DNA from: Pseudomonadota bacterium
GTDB taxonomy: Bacteria; Desulfobacterota; Desulfobulbia; Desulfobulbales; JAGXFP01
Length of the DNA: 64,000 nucleotides
Reading direction: 5' to 3'
NCBI GenBank assembly: GCA_018823285.1
Contig: JAHJIQ010000014.1
Coordinates: 23,556-87,555, forward strand
Numbering within the stretch: position 1 is the first letter of the stretch; each line of letters opens with the position of its first letter. A model generated the notes under the pieces. The model was not told the origin of the DNA and made no database searches. It saw nothing but the letters and a program-made list of their open reading frames with translations. A program made the position numbers and the translations under genes. Positions 9,738-17,117 of this stretch are shown piece after piece.

Positions 9738-10187
9738 ATGGCATACCAGTTCAGGCTTGAAACATTACTGACCGTGCGCCGCAACCTTGAGGAGCTTGCC
9801 CAGATGAAGCTCGCAAACGAGATGCGCCTTCTTGCCGGGCACCGGAAGCGAAAGCAGGAGCTGGAGAACTCCCGGGCGGCATTCATGGATGAACTGGAAA
9901 ACAGTAAAAAAGGCAGGATGGACAGCGCCCTCTATATCTTTTTCATGGAATCGATGCGCAGTGCGGAACTGATGATCCGTTCCCAGAATCAGGTCATCGA
10001 GTCCCAGAGACAGGTGGTGGAACAGGCAAGGGAAGCGCTGACTGAAAAAGTGAAATCCAGAAAGATCATTGAAAAGGCCAGGGAAAGGGATTACAAAAAA
10101 TATCTTCAGGAGATGCTCCGGCTCGAATATAAAGAGAATGACGAGATCATCTCCCTCCGCAATGGGAATCCGGGTCTGACCCCATGA
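9738..10187 (+). CDS. fliJ: Flagellar export chaperone/stalk protein FliJ
   Basis: 149-aa all-helical protein starting MAYQFRLETLLTVRRNLEE (FliJ-type start). Positioned after fliI. Confidence 0.75.
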   Translation: MAYQFRLETLLTVRRNLEELAQMKLANEMRLLAGHRKRKQELENSRAAFMDELENSKKGRMDSALYIFFMESMRSAELMIRSQNQVIESQRQVVEQAREALTEKVKSRKIIEKARERDYKKYLQEMLRLEYKENDEIISLRNGNPGLTP

Positions 10188-10756
10188 CCCGTTCATCAAA
10201 GAATTGCCGGAATGGAAAGCGCATGAAATTTTTTCCCGGGAAATATAAAAGCGTTGCCCTCTTTGTTCTGATGGGGTGTTTTATTCTGCTGACCCCTTTT
10301 CATGTGTCGGCAGTCACCCCGAAAACGCCGGTGAAAGCAACCGAAGCCGAGATGGAGCGGGCCGGCCGCCTGGAAAAAATGGAGAAAGAGCTTGCCCTTC
10401 GGGAAAAAACAATTGCGGTCCGGGAAAAAGAACTTGAGACCATCTCCAAGGAGGTCGACCGGAAGCTCGCCGAACTGATCGATCTCCAGCAGAAGGTGCA
10501 GGCCAGACTCGATGAACTGCAGGCCGTTAAGGACAAACGTTTCAAGGCCCTGATCAAGACCTACTCGGAAATGAGCGCCACCAAGCTCGCACCTCTCCTG
10601 AACAAGATGGACGACACCACCGTGGCCGAGATCTTAAGGGCCATGAAACCGGAAGAGGTCGCCAAGATCCTGCCCAAAATCGACCAGAGAAAAGCGGTCA
10701 ACGTCAGCAAGATTCTCGGCATGCTCGGCGGAGTTGAAAAAAGCCGGACTCCGTGA
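10184..10756 (+). CDS. MgtE_N-like flagellar accessory protein (YlxF/FlbB-like)
   Basis: N-terminal TM/signal (VALFVLMGCFILL), a coiled coil, then SATKLAPLLNKMDDTTVAEILRAMKPEEVAKIL, which resembles the MgtE intracellular N-domain. It occupies the slot between fliJ and fliK that ylxF holds in the Bacillus fla/che operon. Confidence 0.6.
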   Translation: MTRSSKNCRNGKRMKFFPGKYKSVALFVLMGCFILLTPFHVSAVTPKTPVKATEAEMERAGRLEKMEKELALREKTIAVREKELETISKEVDRKLAELIDLQQKVQARLDELQAVKDKRFKALIKTYSEMSATKLAPLLNKMDDTTVAEILRAMKPEEVAKILPKIDQRKAVNVSKILGMLGGVEKSRTP

Positions 10757-10897
10757 GCCACCCTCTGTTTATCCCGCCTCTCACATCTGCTGCGGTAAGA
10801 TTTGCGCAGTACGGAATGGAATTTAAATGATACACTAGGGCTTCAACCGCAGCTGCACCGTTTTCTTTTCTGATTCCTTTTCAAGGTGAGGGGATAA

Positions 10898-12319
10898 ATG
10901 AAAACAGCGTATGATTTCTACAAAAAGTACCTTTCCGAAAACATCTCCGACGCCGACACTCTGGAGCGGATGCGGCAGGTGATCTCCGAATTTGCCGCCC
11001 GCGCCCCGAAGATGGTGGTCATGAAATGCATCGACGGCCGGGTGCACGGCAGCAATGCGAAGGGGTATCCGCCGACAACCATCCGTTTTGGAAGAACCGA
11101 CGGCAACAAGGTCTCGCTCGACAAGAGCAATTTCTGGTACTGGAACCGGATCGATCGTGCGGTAAAAGACGCCCATTTCAACACCCCCGGAACGCCCGCG
11201 GTCTTTATCGCCTTCATGCATCATTCCGCTCGGGGTTTCGGCTGCGCATCGCATCACAACAACGGTGAGGCGGCCCTGCAGTCGGTCCTGGCCCAGGTGG
11301 CCGAGGTCAGAAAAACCTATCAGGAATCCGAACTGTACGTCCTGGGAGGCGACACCAATACCGACATCATGGCGGAGACCCTGATCTTTCCGGGAAATGC
11401 CCGGATCGAAAACGAAGAGGTCATCCGTTACTGCAATCTGAAAGAACCACGGGACGTGTTCCACGAATTTTTTCTCAAAAACGGAATCACCGATGTCGCC
11501 ACCGCCCGAAACGTCGGCAACCAGACTCCCGGGCAGCTCCTTTCCGGGATCAATCCTGAAATGTTCGCCAATTTCCAGACGAGTCTCAATATGGAGAACT
11601 ATCTGCTCCGGGAGATTACCACCACGCTCAATAAGGACCGTGGCGACCTGAAAAGGATTATCCGACCCGACATTCTCGATTACCTCTTCCTTACCCTCGA
11701 CCAGGTGCAGATCCCGGAAACCCTTGTCGGCCCGATCCTCTACCAGATCATCTGGAATATCACCTATGCCCTGTACCAGACCAATCTGAACAGCACTTTG
11801 AGCCCGGAAGAGCTGGAGCAGCGTCTCGATCATGGTGAGGAGCTGGTCTGCTATGGAGACGGCTTCGAGATGCTGCCGCGAAACAAGACGGTGCTTGTCA
11901 AAACCGGCCGCGGTGATGATGTCGATGCGCTTACCGTGGCAAAGAAAGTGCTCGAAAACAACCGGCAACGGTACAGGCAGGAGCATAGTCTTCTGGTCCA
12001 TATCAATATCGAGGTGAACGGAGAAATGATGTCGTGGGATGATTTCAACGACAATGTCGGCTCCCGGATTCTGACCATGCGCCGCAATGTCGATCATGTC
12101 TTCGGCATGGACGTTGCGATCCTCACCTCGTATTCATACCGGGATCAGAAGCGGTTCTACCCGGTGATCATCTCAAAAAATGATCCGCGGCTGGTCTACT
12201 ATGCAGACGTGATCTCCGAAATAAACTCCACCCAGAAGTTCAGCAATATCTCCCTGAAAGCACAGGAAATGCTATACAAGGCAAGTTGCATCGGGGCGAT
12301 GAATTCCGAGAGAAAGTAG
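10898..12319 (+). CDS. CsoSCA-like (carboxysome-shell-type) beta-carbonic anhydrase homologue, no N-terminal domain
   Basis: 473 aa. Motifs KC44ID46GR48V, FIAFMH108H..GFGC116ASHHNNGEAALQSVL, GGDTNTDI and DHGEELVCYGDGFE. From memory these line up with the Zn ligands (Cys/His/Cys), the Asp-Arg dyad and flanking blocks of Halothiobacillus CsoSCA. GAGGGG RBS before the ATG. Confidence 0.7.
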   Translation: MKTAYDFYKKYLSENISDADTLERMRQVISEFAARAPKMVVMKCIDGRVHGSNAKGYPPTTIRFGRTDGNKVSLDKSNFWYWNRIDRAVKDAHFNTPGTPAVFIAFMHHSARGFGCASHHNNGEAALQSVLAQVAEVRKTYQESELYVLGGDTNTDIMAETLIFPGNARIENEEVIRYCNLKEPRDVFHEFFLKNGITDVATARNVGNQTPGQLLSGINPEMFANFQTSLNMENYLLREITTTLNKDRGDLKRIIRPDILDYLFLTLDQVQIPETLVGPILYQIIWNITYALYQTNLNSTLSPEELEQRLDHGEELVCYGDGFEMLPRNKTVLVKTGRGDDVDALTVAKKVLENNRQRYRQEHSLLVHINIEVNGEMMSWDDFNDNVGSRILTMRRNVDHVFGMDVAILTSYSYRDQKRFYPVIISKNDPRLVYYADVISEINSTQKFSNISLKAQEMLYKASCIGAMNSERK

Positions 12320-12371
12320 TGAGCGGGTTCATTGCATCCAGCGCCAATTGCCCTAAGGTCAACTTCCAAAA

Positions 12372-12734
12372 GTGCCAATATCGGATTATGTAAGGACAAT
12401 CAATGGACGGACAACGATACGAGTGCTAAATGCCATTAAATCGGGGGTGCTGGTTGCCGGAATGAGTAAACAGGCTGTGTTGGTCGCCTACGGCCCACCT
12501 CCCGAGCAGGGAACCATCTCAACAGAGGCCAATCAATGGACATCTTGGCAGAGTCGTTTTGATCGAAGAGGTATCTGTTTTAATGAAGAAAACAAATTGC
12601 TTTCGGTGTGCCCAACCGGCATCAAGGGGCAAGGGAAGAATGTTATAGAAAGTTTCGGGCGCAAAATTCGAGGTTTGCTCGGCGGTGATGAGTTCAATCA
12701 GATTCAAGGCTTTCTGACAGCAGAAAAGCCCTGA
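12372..12734 (+). CDS. Hypothetical protein with an SmpA/OmlA(BamE)-like segment, possibly a remnant
   Basis: GTG-initiated 120-aa ORF. GMSKQAVLVAYGPPPEQ resembles the BamE/SmpA core. There is no signal peptide, and an in-frame stop lies 15 nt upstream of the GTG. Lies in a lower-GC stretch. Confidence 0.35.
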   Translation: MPISDYVRTINGRTTIRVLNAIKSGVLVAGMSKQAVLVAYGPPPEQGTISTEANQWTSWQSRFDRRGICFNEENKLLSVCPTGIKGQGKNVIESFGRKIRGLLGGDEFNQIQGFLTAEKP

Positions 12735-12748
12735 CGGCATAACACGAG

Positions 12749-13024
12749 GTGACAATGGGAGCGATTTTTGAAGCAAGCTGCAACCGGTGTGGTCTGCAGT
12801 TTGATTATTCCGACGGCGGCGGCTTTTATTATGACCGCTACCGCTGTGAAGATTGCGGTGAGACCATAGCAGTCACAGTTGACCGGGACTTGAACGACGC
12901 GCCTCCTCCGACCATAGAACTCTGCCGGTGCGGGGGCCGTTTTACACTGAATGCGAAACCACGTTGCCCTGACTGTAGATTAACCGACATCACAACGGGC
13001 GAAGTCATCTTGTTTGAAGACTGA
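12749..13024 (+). CDS. Small zinc-ribbon protein (four Cys pairs)
   Basis: About 90 aa with CNRC, CEDC, CRC and CPDC pairs (two predicted Zn-ribbon knuckle pairs). GAGGTG precedes an alternative ATG at 12755. Confidence 0.5.
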   Translation: MTMGAIFEASCNRCGLQFDYSDGGGFYYDRYRCEDCGETIAVTVDRDLNDAPPPTIELCRCGGRFTLNAKPRCPDCRLTDITTGEVILFED

Positions 13025-13101
13025 GCCCTGAAGAAACCTGCATTCTTTATTTTCTTCTCGAATACAGGTGTTTGCCGTTGCGACAACTGGAAAAAGAAAA
13101 A

Positions 13102-13482
13102 ATGAAATCGTACAGAGCCATCATATCGATCCTGTTTCTGCTCTGTGCTTCCTGCGCCACCCAATCTTTGTGGGAAGCAACTGACCCGGATAAATATATT
13201 CAGATAAAGTTCACAGATATCACGGAGCAGGAGCTCCAGGAAAAGGGTGTCGAATACATCAAAGACCAAAAAACCCATTTGTACTATGTCAACAAGAGCT
13301 CTGCGGAGAAATTTACAGGGTACGCGATACGGCTATTTGCTACTCCGGTAACTGTGGTAGTTGATGCAACAACGGTCGCAATTTTCGGAATTGCCATGGC
13401 TTTTACCGAAGGTGCGATTGATGATTACGAGGAAGATTCAAAGGCGGACCCACATGGGCCCGGAGAAAGAAATGATTGGTAA
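13102..13482 (+). CDS. Putative lipoprotein, unknown function
   Basis: From the ATG at 13102 the product starts MKSYRAIISILFLLCASCAT (signal peptide with a lipobox-like LCASC). It has a C-terminal hydrophobic stretch and an acidic tail. AT-rich codon usage. Confidence 0.5.
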   Translation: MKSYRAIISILFLLCASCATQSLWEATDPDKYIQIKFTDITEQELQEKGVEYIKDQKTHLYYVNKSSAEKFTGYAIRLFATPVTVVVDATTVAIFGIAMAFTEGAIDDYEEDSKADPHGPGERNDW

Positions 13483-13603
13483 AATATGTGCATTAAACCT
13501 GAGCAGGATATCTACGTGGAGCCTGATCGGATATTTTGACCAGATCATCGTCAGAGCGAATAAAATATCAAGTCTGTTTGTATCACTTTTCGAGTAGATC
13601 AAA

Positions 13604-14272
13604 ATGATGAAACGATTGCTTGTAACACTGTTGTTCCTGGTGCTTGCTTTACCTTCCCATGCCGCCATAAAACCGAGCGTTCAATTGAACGTTCCTTTAG
13701 TAAATCAGGGCAAGATGCTCTGCGGTCCTGCCACAATGGAAATGCTTTTCCGTTATTGGGGTGTGTATGATTACGATCAATACGATATTGCCGGATCGCT
13801 CCTGAAGCAGTTTTCTCAAACCGAGAGATACCGGAAATCAGGGATTCTGAAGACCGACCCTGTTGACTGGAATAAATATCCGGGGACAGGCACTATCAAT
13901 ATGCGGGAATTCCTGAAAAGGTTCGGGCGTACCCATAACATGATGATGGAATATGAGCCGGACTCGTCAGAGGCAAAGGTTCGGAAAAGAGATGAATTGT
14001 TTTACAAAGTGAAAGAGTATGTATCCAATGGCATACCGGTGGTGGTTCACCAGTACTGGAGGTTGCCTAAAGCCAAAGGTCATTATCGGGTCGTTACCGG
14101 CTATAATGAAAGCCGTCGGGAAGTGTATCTGAATGATGCTGACGGCGGAAAACGGCTGGTGCAAACGTACGATGATTTCCTGAAACTCTGGGACGTCAAT
14201 CAAAGGTGGATGCATTATAATGCGATTGTCTTTAATACCGACAGACAGAGATTAAACATAACTCTACCATAG
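13604..14272 (+). CDS. Secreted papain-like cysteine peptidase (C39-like, Peptidase_C39_2 type)
   Basis: Signal peptide MMKRLLVTLLFLVLALPSHA. Gln-x5-Cys nucleophile block VNQGKMLCGPATMEML, His block KGHYRVVTGY, and Asp block VYLNDADGG. Confidence 0.7.
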   Translation: MMKRLLVTLLFLVLALPSHAAIKPSVQLNVPLVNQGKMLCGPATMEMLFRYWGVYDYDQYDIAGSLLKQFSQTERYRKSGILKTDPVDWNKYPGTGTINMREFLKRFGRTHNMMMEYEPDSSEAKVRKRDELFYKVKEYVSNGIPVVVHQYWRLPKAKGHYRVVTGYNESRREVYLNDADGGKRLVQTYDDFLKLWDVNQRWMHYNAIVFNTDRQRLNITLP

Positions 14273-14353
14273 ATGAAGGCCGGACTTACCTTGGCCCTGC
14301 AATGACTTTATGGAAGATAAGCAATTCGGGGACCCGATTAGAGAATATTAGAG

Positions 14354-15277
14354 ATGATTAAAAAAGATGTTTTCAATATGGATGTGAAGGAACGGTTCCG
14401 GTCTTCGGCGAAGGACAAAATCTACCGCTTTATCATGGCCGACCGGATGATCAAGGGGGCGATTGTCCATTCCACCCGGGTGGTGAATGAGATGCGGGCA
14501 AACCATGAAACCGGGCCTTTGGAAACCTTGATTCTGGGGCAGGCGTATATTGCGGCAAGCCTGATCTGTTCCGGTCTGAAAGGGAAAAATGACCGGATCA
14601 GCATGAACATCCAGTGTTCGGGCCCTGTGAAGGGGCTTGATGTTGAGGCGAATGTCTTTGGTGAGGTGAGGGGGTATCTGAAGGCAAACCCCATTGTTCT
14701 CGATCATCCTGAAAGAATGAGCGGGATGCCGGCACTTTTCGGAGCGGGTTTCCTTACGGTAACCCAGTATCTGGAAGATGCCCCGGCCCCGTACTCCGGG
14801 CAGGTAGCCCTTGAGCATGGCAGCATTGCCGAGGACCTGGCCAATTATTTTCTGGTCTCGGAGCAGAATCCCACTGCTTTTAAATTGAGTGTGTTTTTTG
14901 ATGACAAGGAAGAGGTTGCAGGCGCGGGGGGGATTTTTCTCCAGGCAATGCCGGGTGTCGAACCGGCAAAAGTCGGTGAGGCGGAGAGATTGATCCTGAT
15001 GATTGATTCCTTAGGCGAACTCTTTGCAAGGGGAGAGAATCCCGAGGAAATTATCCGGAAGAGATTTGCAGACCTCAAACCAAAATTCCTGGACAATAGC
15101 CGGGTCGAGTTTTTCTGCAGGTGTTCAGAGGAGAAGATGAAGAGTTATCTGCAGAGTTTGCCCAAAGAAGACAAAGAAGACCTGCGGGAAAACGGCCCTT
15201 TTCCCATGGAGATCCGCTGCCATCACTGCAACTCGGCGTATCGGTTCACTCAGGAAGAGCTAAGAACACTTCCTTGA
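14354..15277 (+). CDS. hslO: Redox-regulated chaperone Hsp33
   Basis: 307 aa. The C-terminal zinc switch FFCRCSEEKM...IRCHHCNSAYRF (CxC...CxxC) and an Hsp33-type N-terminal domain (RFIMADRMIKGAIVHSTRVVNEM). Confidence 0.9.
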   Translation: MIKKDVFNMDVKERFRSSAKDKIYRFIMADRMIKGAIVHSTRVVNEMRANHETGPLETLILGQAYIAASLICSGLKGKNDRISMNIQCSGPVKGLDVEANVFGEVRGYLKANPIVLDHPERMSGMPALFGAGFLTVTQYLEDAPAPYSGQVALEHGSIAEDLANYFLVSEQNPTAFKLSVFFDDKEEVAGAGGIFLQAMPGVEPAKVGEAERLILMIDSLGELFARGENPEEIIRKRFADLKPKFLDNSRVEFFCRCSEEKMKSYLQSLPKEDKEDLRENGPFPMEIRCHHCNSAYRFTQEELRTLP

Positions 15278-15349
15278 CGAAAAAAGGGCATAACACTTCC
15301 CCTCAACCTGGCGTTAAATAAACCTTAAACCGGGCCAAAGGAGCAAGGG

Positions 15350-15565
15350 ATGAAAATCTGCCGGATCTCCGGAGACAAGTCAGTCGAAACGATTCATGTG
15401 GACTATCCTGCAGAGGTGTTTTGTGACGCCTGCAGCGAACTCATGGAAATCGATAATCGGGAAAATCCAATCTGCTCCTTCCTGGCGTATGACCCTGCTC
15501 TGGGGGACTGCTGTTCCAACTGCGGTAAATCCACAGAAGAGGAAAAAAGGGAGCAAGGGTTATAA
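15350..15565 (+). CDS. Small Cys-rich hypothetical protein (7 Cys in 71 aa)
   Basis: CDAC and CCSNC motifs. AAGGAG-like sequence (aaaggagcaaggg) before the ATG. No homologue recognised. Confidence 0.4.
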   Translation: MKICRISGDKSVETIHVDYPAEVFCDACSELMEIDNRENPICSFLAYDPALGDCCSNCGKSTEEEKREQGL

Positions 15566-15693
15566 GTCCCTTTCCTTCCGGGATTTTCGTGAAGAGTTGA
15601 TCCGCTACCGAATCCAATAAGATATTCACCGAAAGAATCCCCGCCGCATTTATTGACTTTATGATCTTTTTTATAAGAGCATAGACGATAAAG

Positions 15694-15722
15694 GACCCTC
15701 GCGAGGGTTGGTTGTTTTTTTC
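15694..15722 (+). terminator. Possible intrinsic terminator
   Basis: GACCCTCGCGAGGGTT palindrome followed by GGTTGTTTTTTTT. The stem is short and it lies about 130 nt after the 71-aa ORF. Confidence 0.4.
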
Positions 15723-15779
15723 GTCCGTGTTTGAAGCCGGGCATTACTTCGTTTTGAACAATCAGGGAGGTTGGAAAGG

Positions 15780-16094
15780 GTGATTCTGATTCTGAAAGGA
15801 GCTTTTCCGCAAAAGAGTATCAATCACGCAGCAAAAACATTCGCAGCACTTCCACCGATGCCCGCCACCGTTAAAAGGCAGGGGCCGTATTTCAGCTTTA
15901 CCGGTGCCGAGCAGATCAATGTGACGACACTGTATTCATTCAATAATGAGCTGACTTTTGACGGGAACAAAAAATTCATCGAGAAACGCCTGCAGGAATT
16001 TTCCAATGTTCCGGGTTTTACCTATTCCCTGGAAGCCTGGTTGAACATGGAAGAAGCAATTCTTGCCGTGAACAGCTCGCAAAGACAGGCGTGA
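15780..16094 (+). CDS. Hypothetical protein
   Basis: The ORF track starts at TTG 15771, but GGGAGG at 15765-15770 is better spaced for the in-frame GTG at 15780. No recognisable motif. Confidence 0.35.
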   Translation: MILILKGAFPQKSINHAAKTFAALPPMPATVKRQGPYFSFTGAEQINVTTLYSFNNELTFDGNKKFIEKRLQEFSNVPGFTYSLEAWLNMEEAILAVNSSQRQA

Positions 16095-16317
16095 CATGTT
16101 TTGAAGATGTCAGAACGGGTGTGGAATACCGCATTAACGCAAAACCAATCATATGAACCCGGATCAACATGACGATTGAGCAGGAGTGATTTGTTGATCA
16201 GTGAAGCGGAAATGGTAATTTCCTCGTGAGTGATCTCCTGATTGACAAAAGAGCGATCCCGAGTCATATCATCAAAGTATGGGTTGCCGATTAACTTCAA
16301 ATCTACAGGAAGGATCT

Positions 16318-16731
16318 ATGAACAAGAAACGACTGTTAGTCCCTGGTTTTCTGATTGCGCTACTGGTCTCTGTTGTTTTCGTCCCGGTTGGTTCCGAAGC
16401 CGGTCAGAAGGGTGAATGGGAGATTTCGACCACCATGGAGATTCCCGGTATGCCTTTTGCCATGCCGGCCACCACCATGCGCAAGTGCCTGGAAGACAAA
16501 GGCGTGCCTTACGGTGGCAAAGATGATGAGAAGTGCAAGGTCGAGTCCAGTAAGGTTTCGGGCGACACCGTGACCTGGAAGGTGGTCTGTGACGGCCCGG
16601 AAGGCCAGAATGAGATAACCGGAGTCAGCAAATACACCTCCGACACCATGGATACCAGGATTCAGATGAAGAATGAAGAGGGCGATATCTCGATGCATAT
16701 GACTGGTAGACGCCTCGGTCCTTGCCGGTAA
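16318..16731 (+). CDS. Secreted DUF3617-like protein
   Basis: The internal ATG at 16318 (AGGAAGGA RBS) gives MNKKRLLVPGFLIALLVSVVFVPVGSEA as a signal peptide. The mature part has the G-x-W...M-P...C...C...W-x-x-x-C...G-x-C pattern I associate with DUF3617. Confidence 0.55.
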   Translation: MNKKRLLVPGFLIALLVSVVFVPVGSEAGQKGEWEISTTMEIPGMPFAMPATTMRKCLEDKGVPYGGKDDEKCKVESSKVSGDTVTWKVVCDGPEGQNEITGVSKYTSDTMDTRIQMKNEEGDISMHMTGRRLGPCR

Positions 16732-17014
16732 GGGAAAGTCTCGCCTGATTTTTTTTGTTTGATACGTTTCAGTTCGGGCACACCGGGCGTGATCTGGTGT
16801 TGATCAGAGGTCATGTTCGATGTGCCCGTTTGTTTTCAGCGGCTGGAAATTGTTTCCCACCCCCGGCAGTTGTTTCCTTTTTTTGATCCCGATCCTTGCT
16901 GTAATCCGAAAAAATCGACCCGACAGTCAACGCTCGGACCATTTTGTTTTCCCCTTACCCGGCGGGCATTTCACAATCCATTTCCTTTCTTTCCGGCGCT
17001 CACCTTCTTTCCTG

Positions 17015-17030
17015 TGGCATGGCTTTTGCT
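17015..17030 (+). promoter_or_regulatory. Sigma-54 (-24/-12) promoter upstream of fliK
   Basis: TGGCATGGCTTTTGCT: GG at 17016-17017 and GC at 17028-17029, canonical spacing. It lies 88 nt upstream of the fliK GTG (17118), inside a 385-bp non-coding spacer. Confidence 0.65.
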
Positions 17031-17117
17031 GAAGTGACTGAACAGTGCTGACCAGGACACGAAGTCCGGTCTCAACCGTGAAAGCAACTTCTGATCATCA
17101 GGCAGGGAGGCAGAAAC

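Noticed and set aside
10835-12097. 420-aa ORF antisense to the CsoSCA-like gene
   Set aside because: The + strand translation carries the CxDGR / H..C / GDGF motif set and a good RBS. The antisense translation is repetitive (D/G/H/V-rich) with no recognisable domain.
16813-17037. 74-aa and 70-aa ORFs in the spacer before fliK
   Set aside because: They are overlapping alternative frames, Phe/Pro-rich, with no RBS. The region is better explained as a regulatory spacer containing the sigma-54 promoter.
10757-17117. Calling the flagellar-locus insert a prophage, IS or genomic island (mobile_element feature)
   Set aside because: I could not identify an integrase, transposase, tRNA target or flanking direct repeats. 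Only the 12.3-14.3 kb part is compositionally deviant. It is reported as a finding, not annotated as a mobile element.
10898-17117. Looking for a cryptic carboxysome or BMC locus around the CsoSCA-like gene
   Set aside because: None of the neighbouring small ORFs has BMC-H (about 90 aa, conserved D-x-x-x-K, GxxG) or BMC-P features, and none resembles CsoS2 or RuBisCO. The small ORFs are Cys-rich or lipoprotein-like instead.
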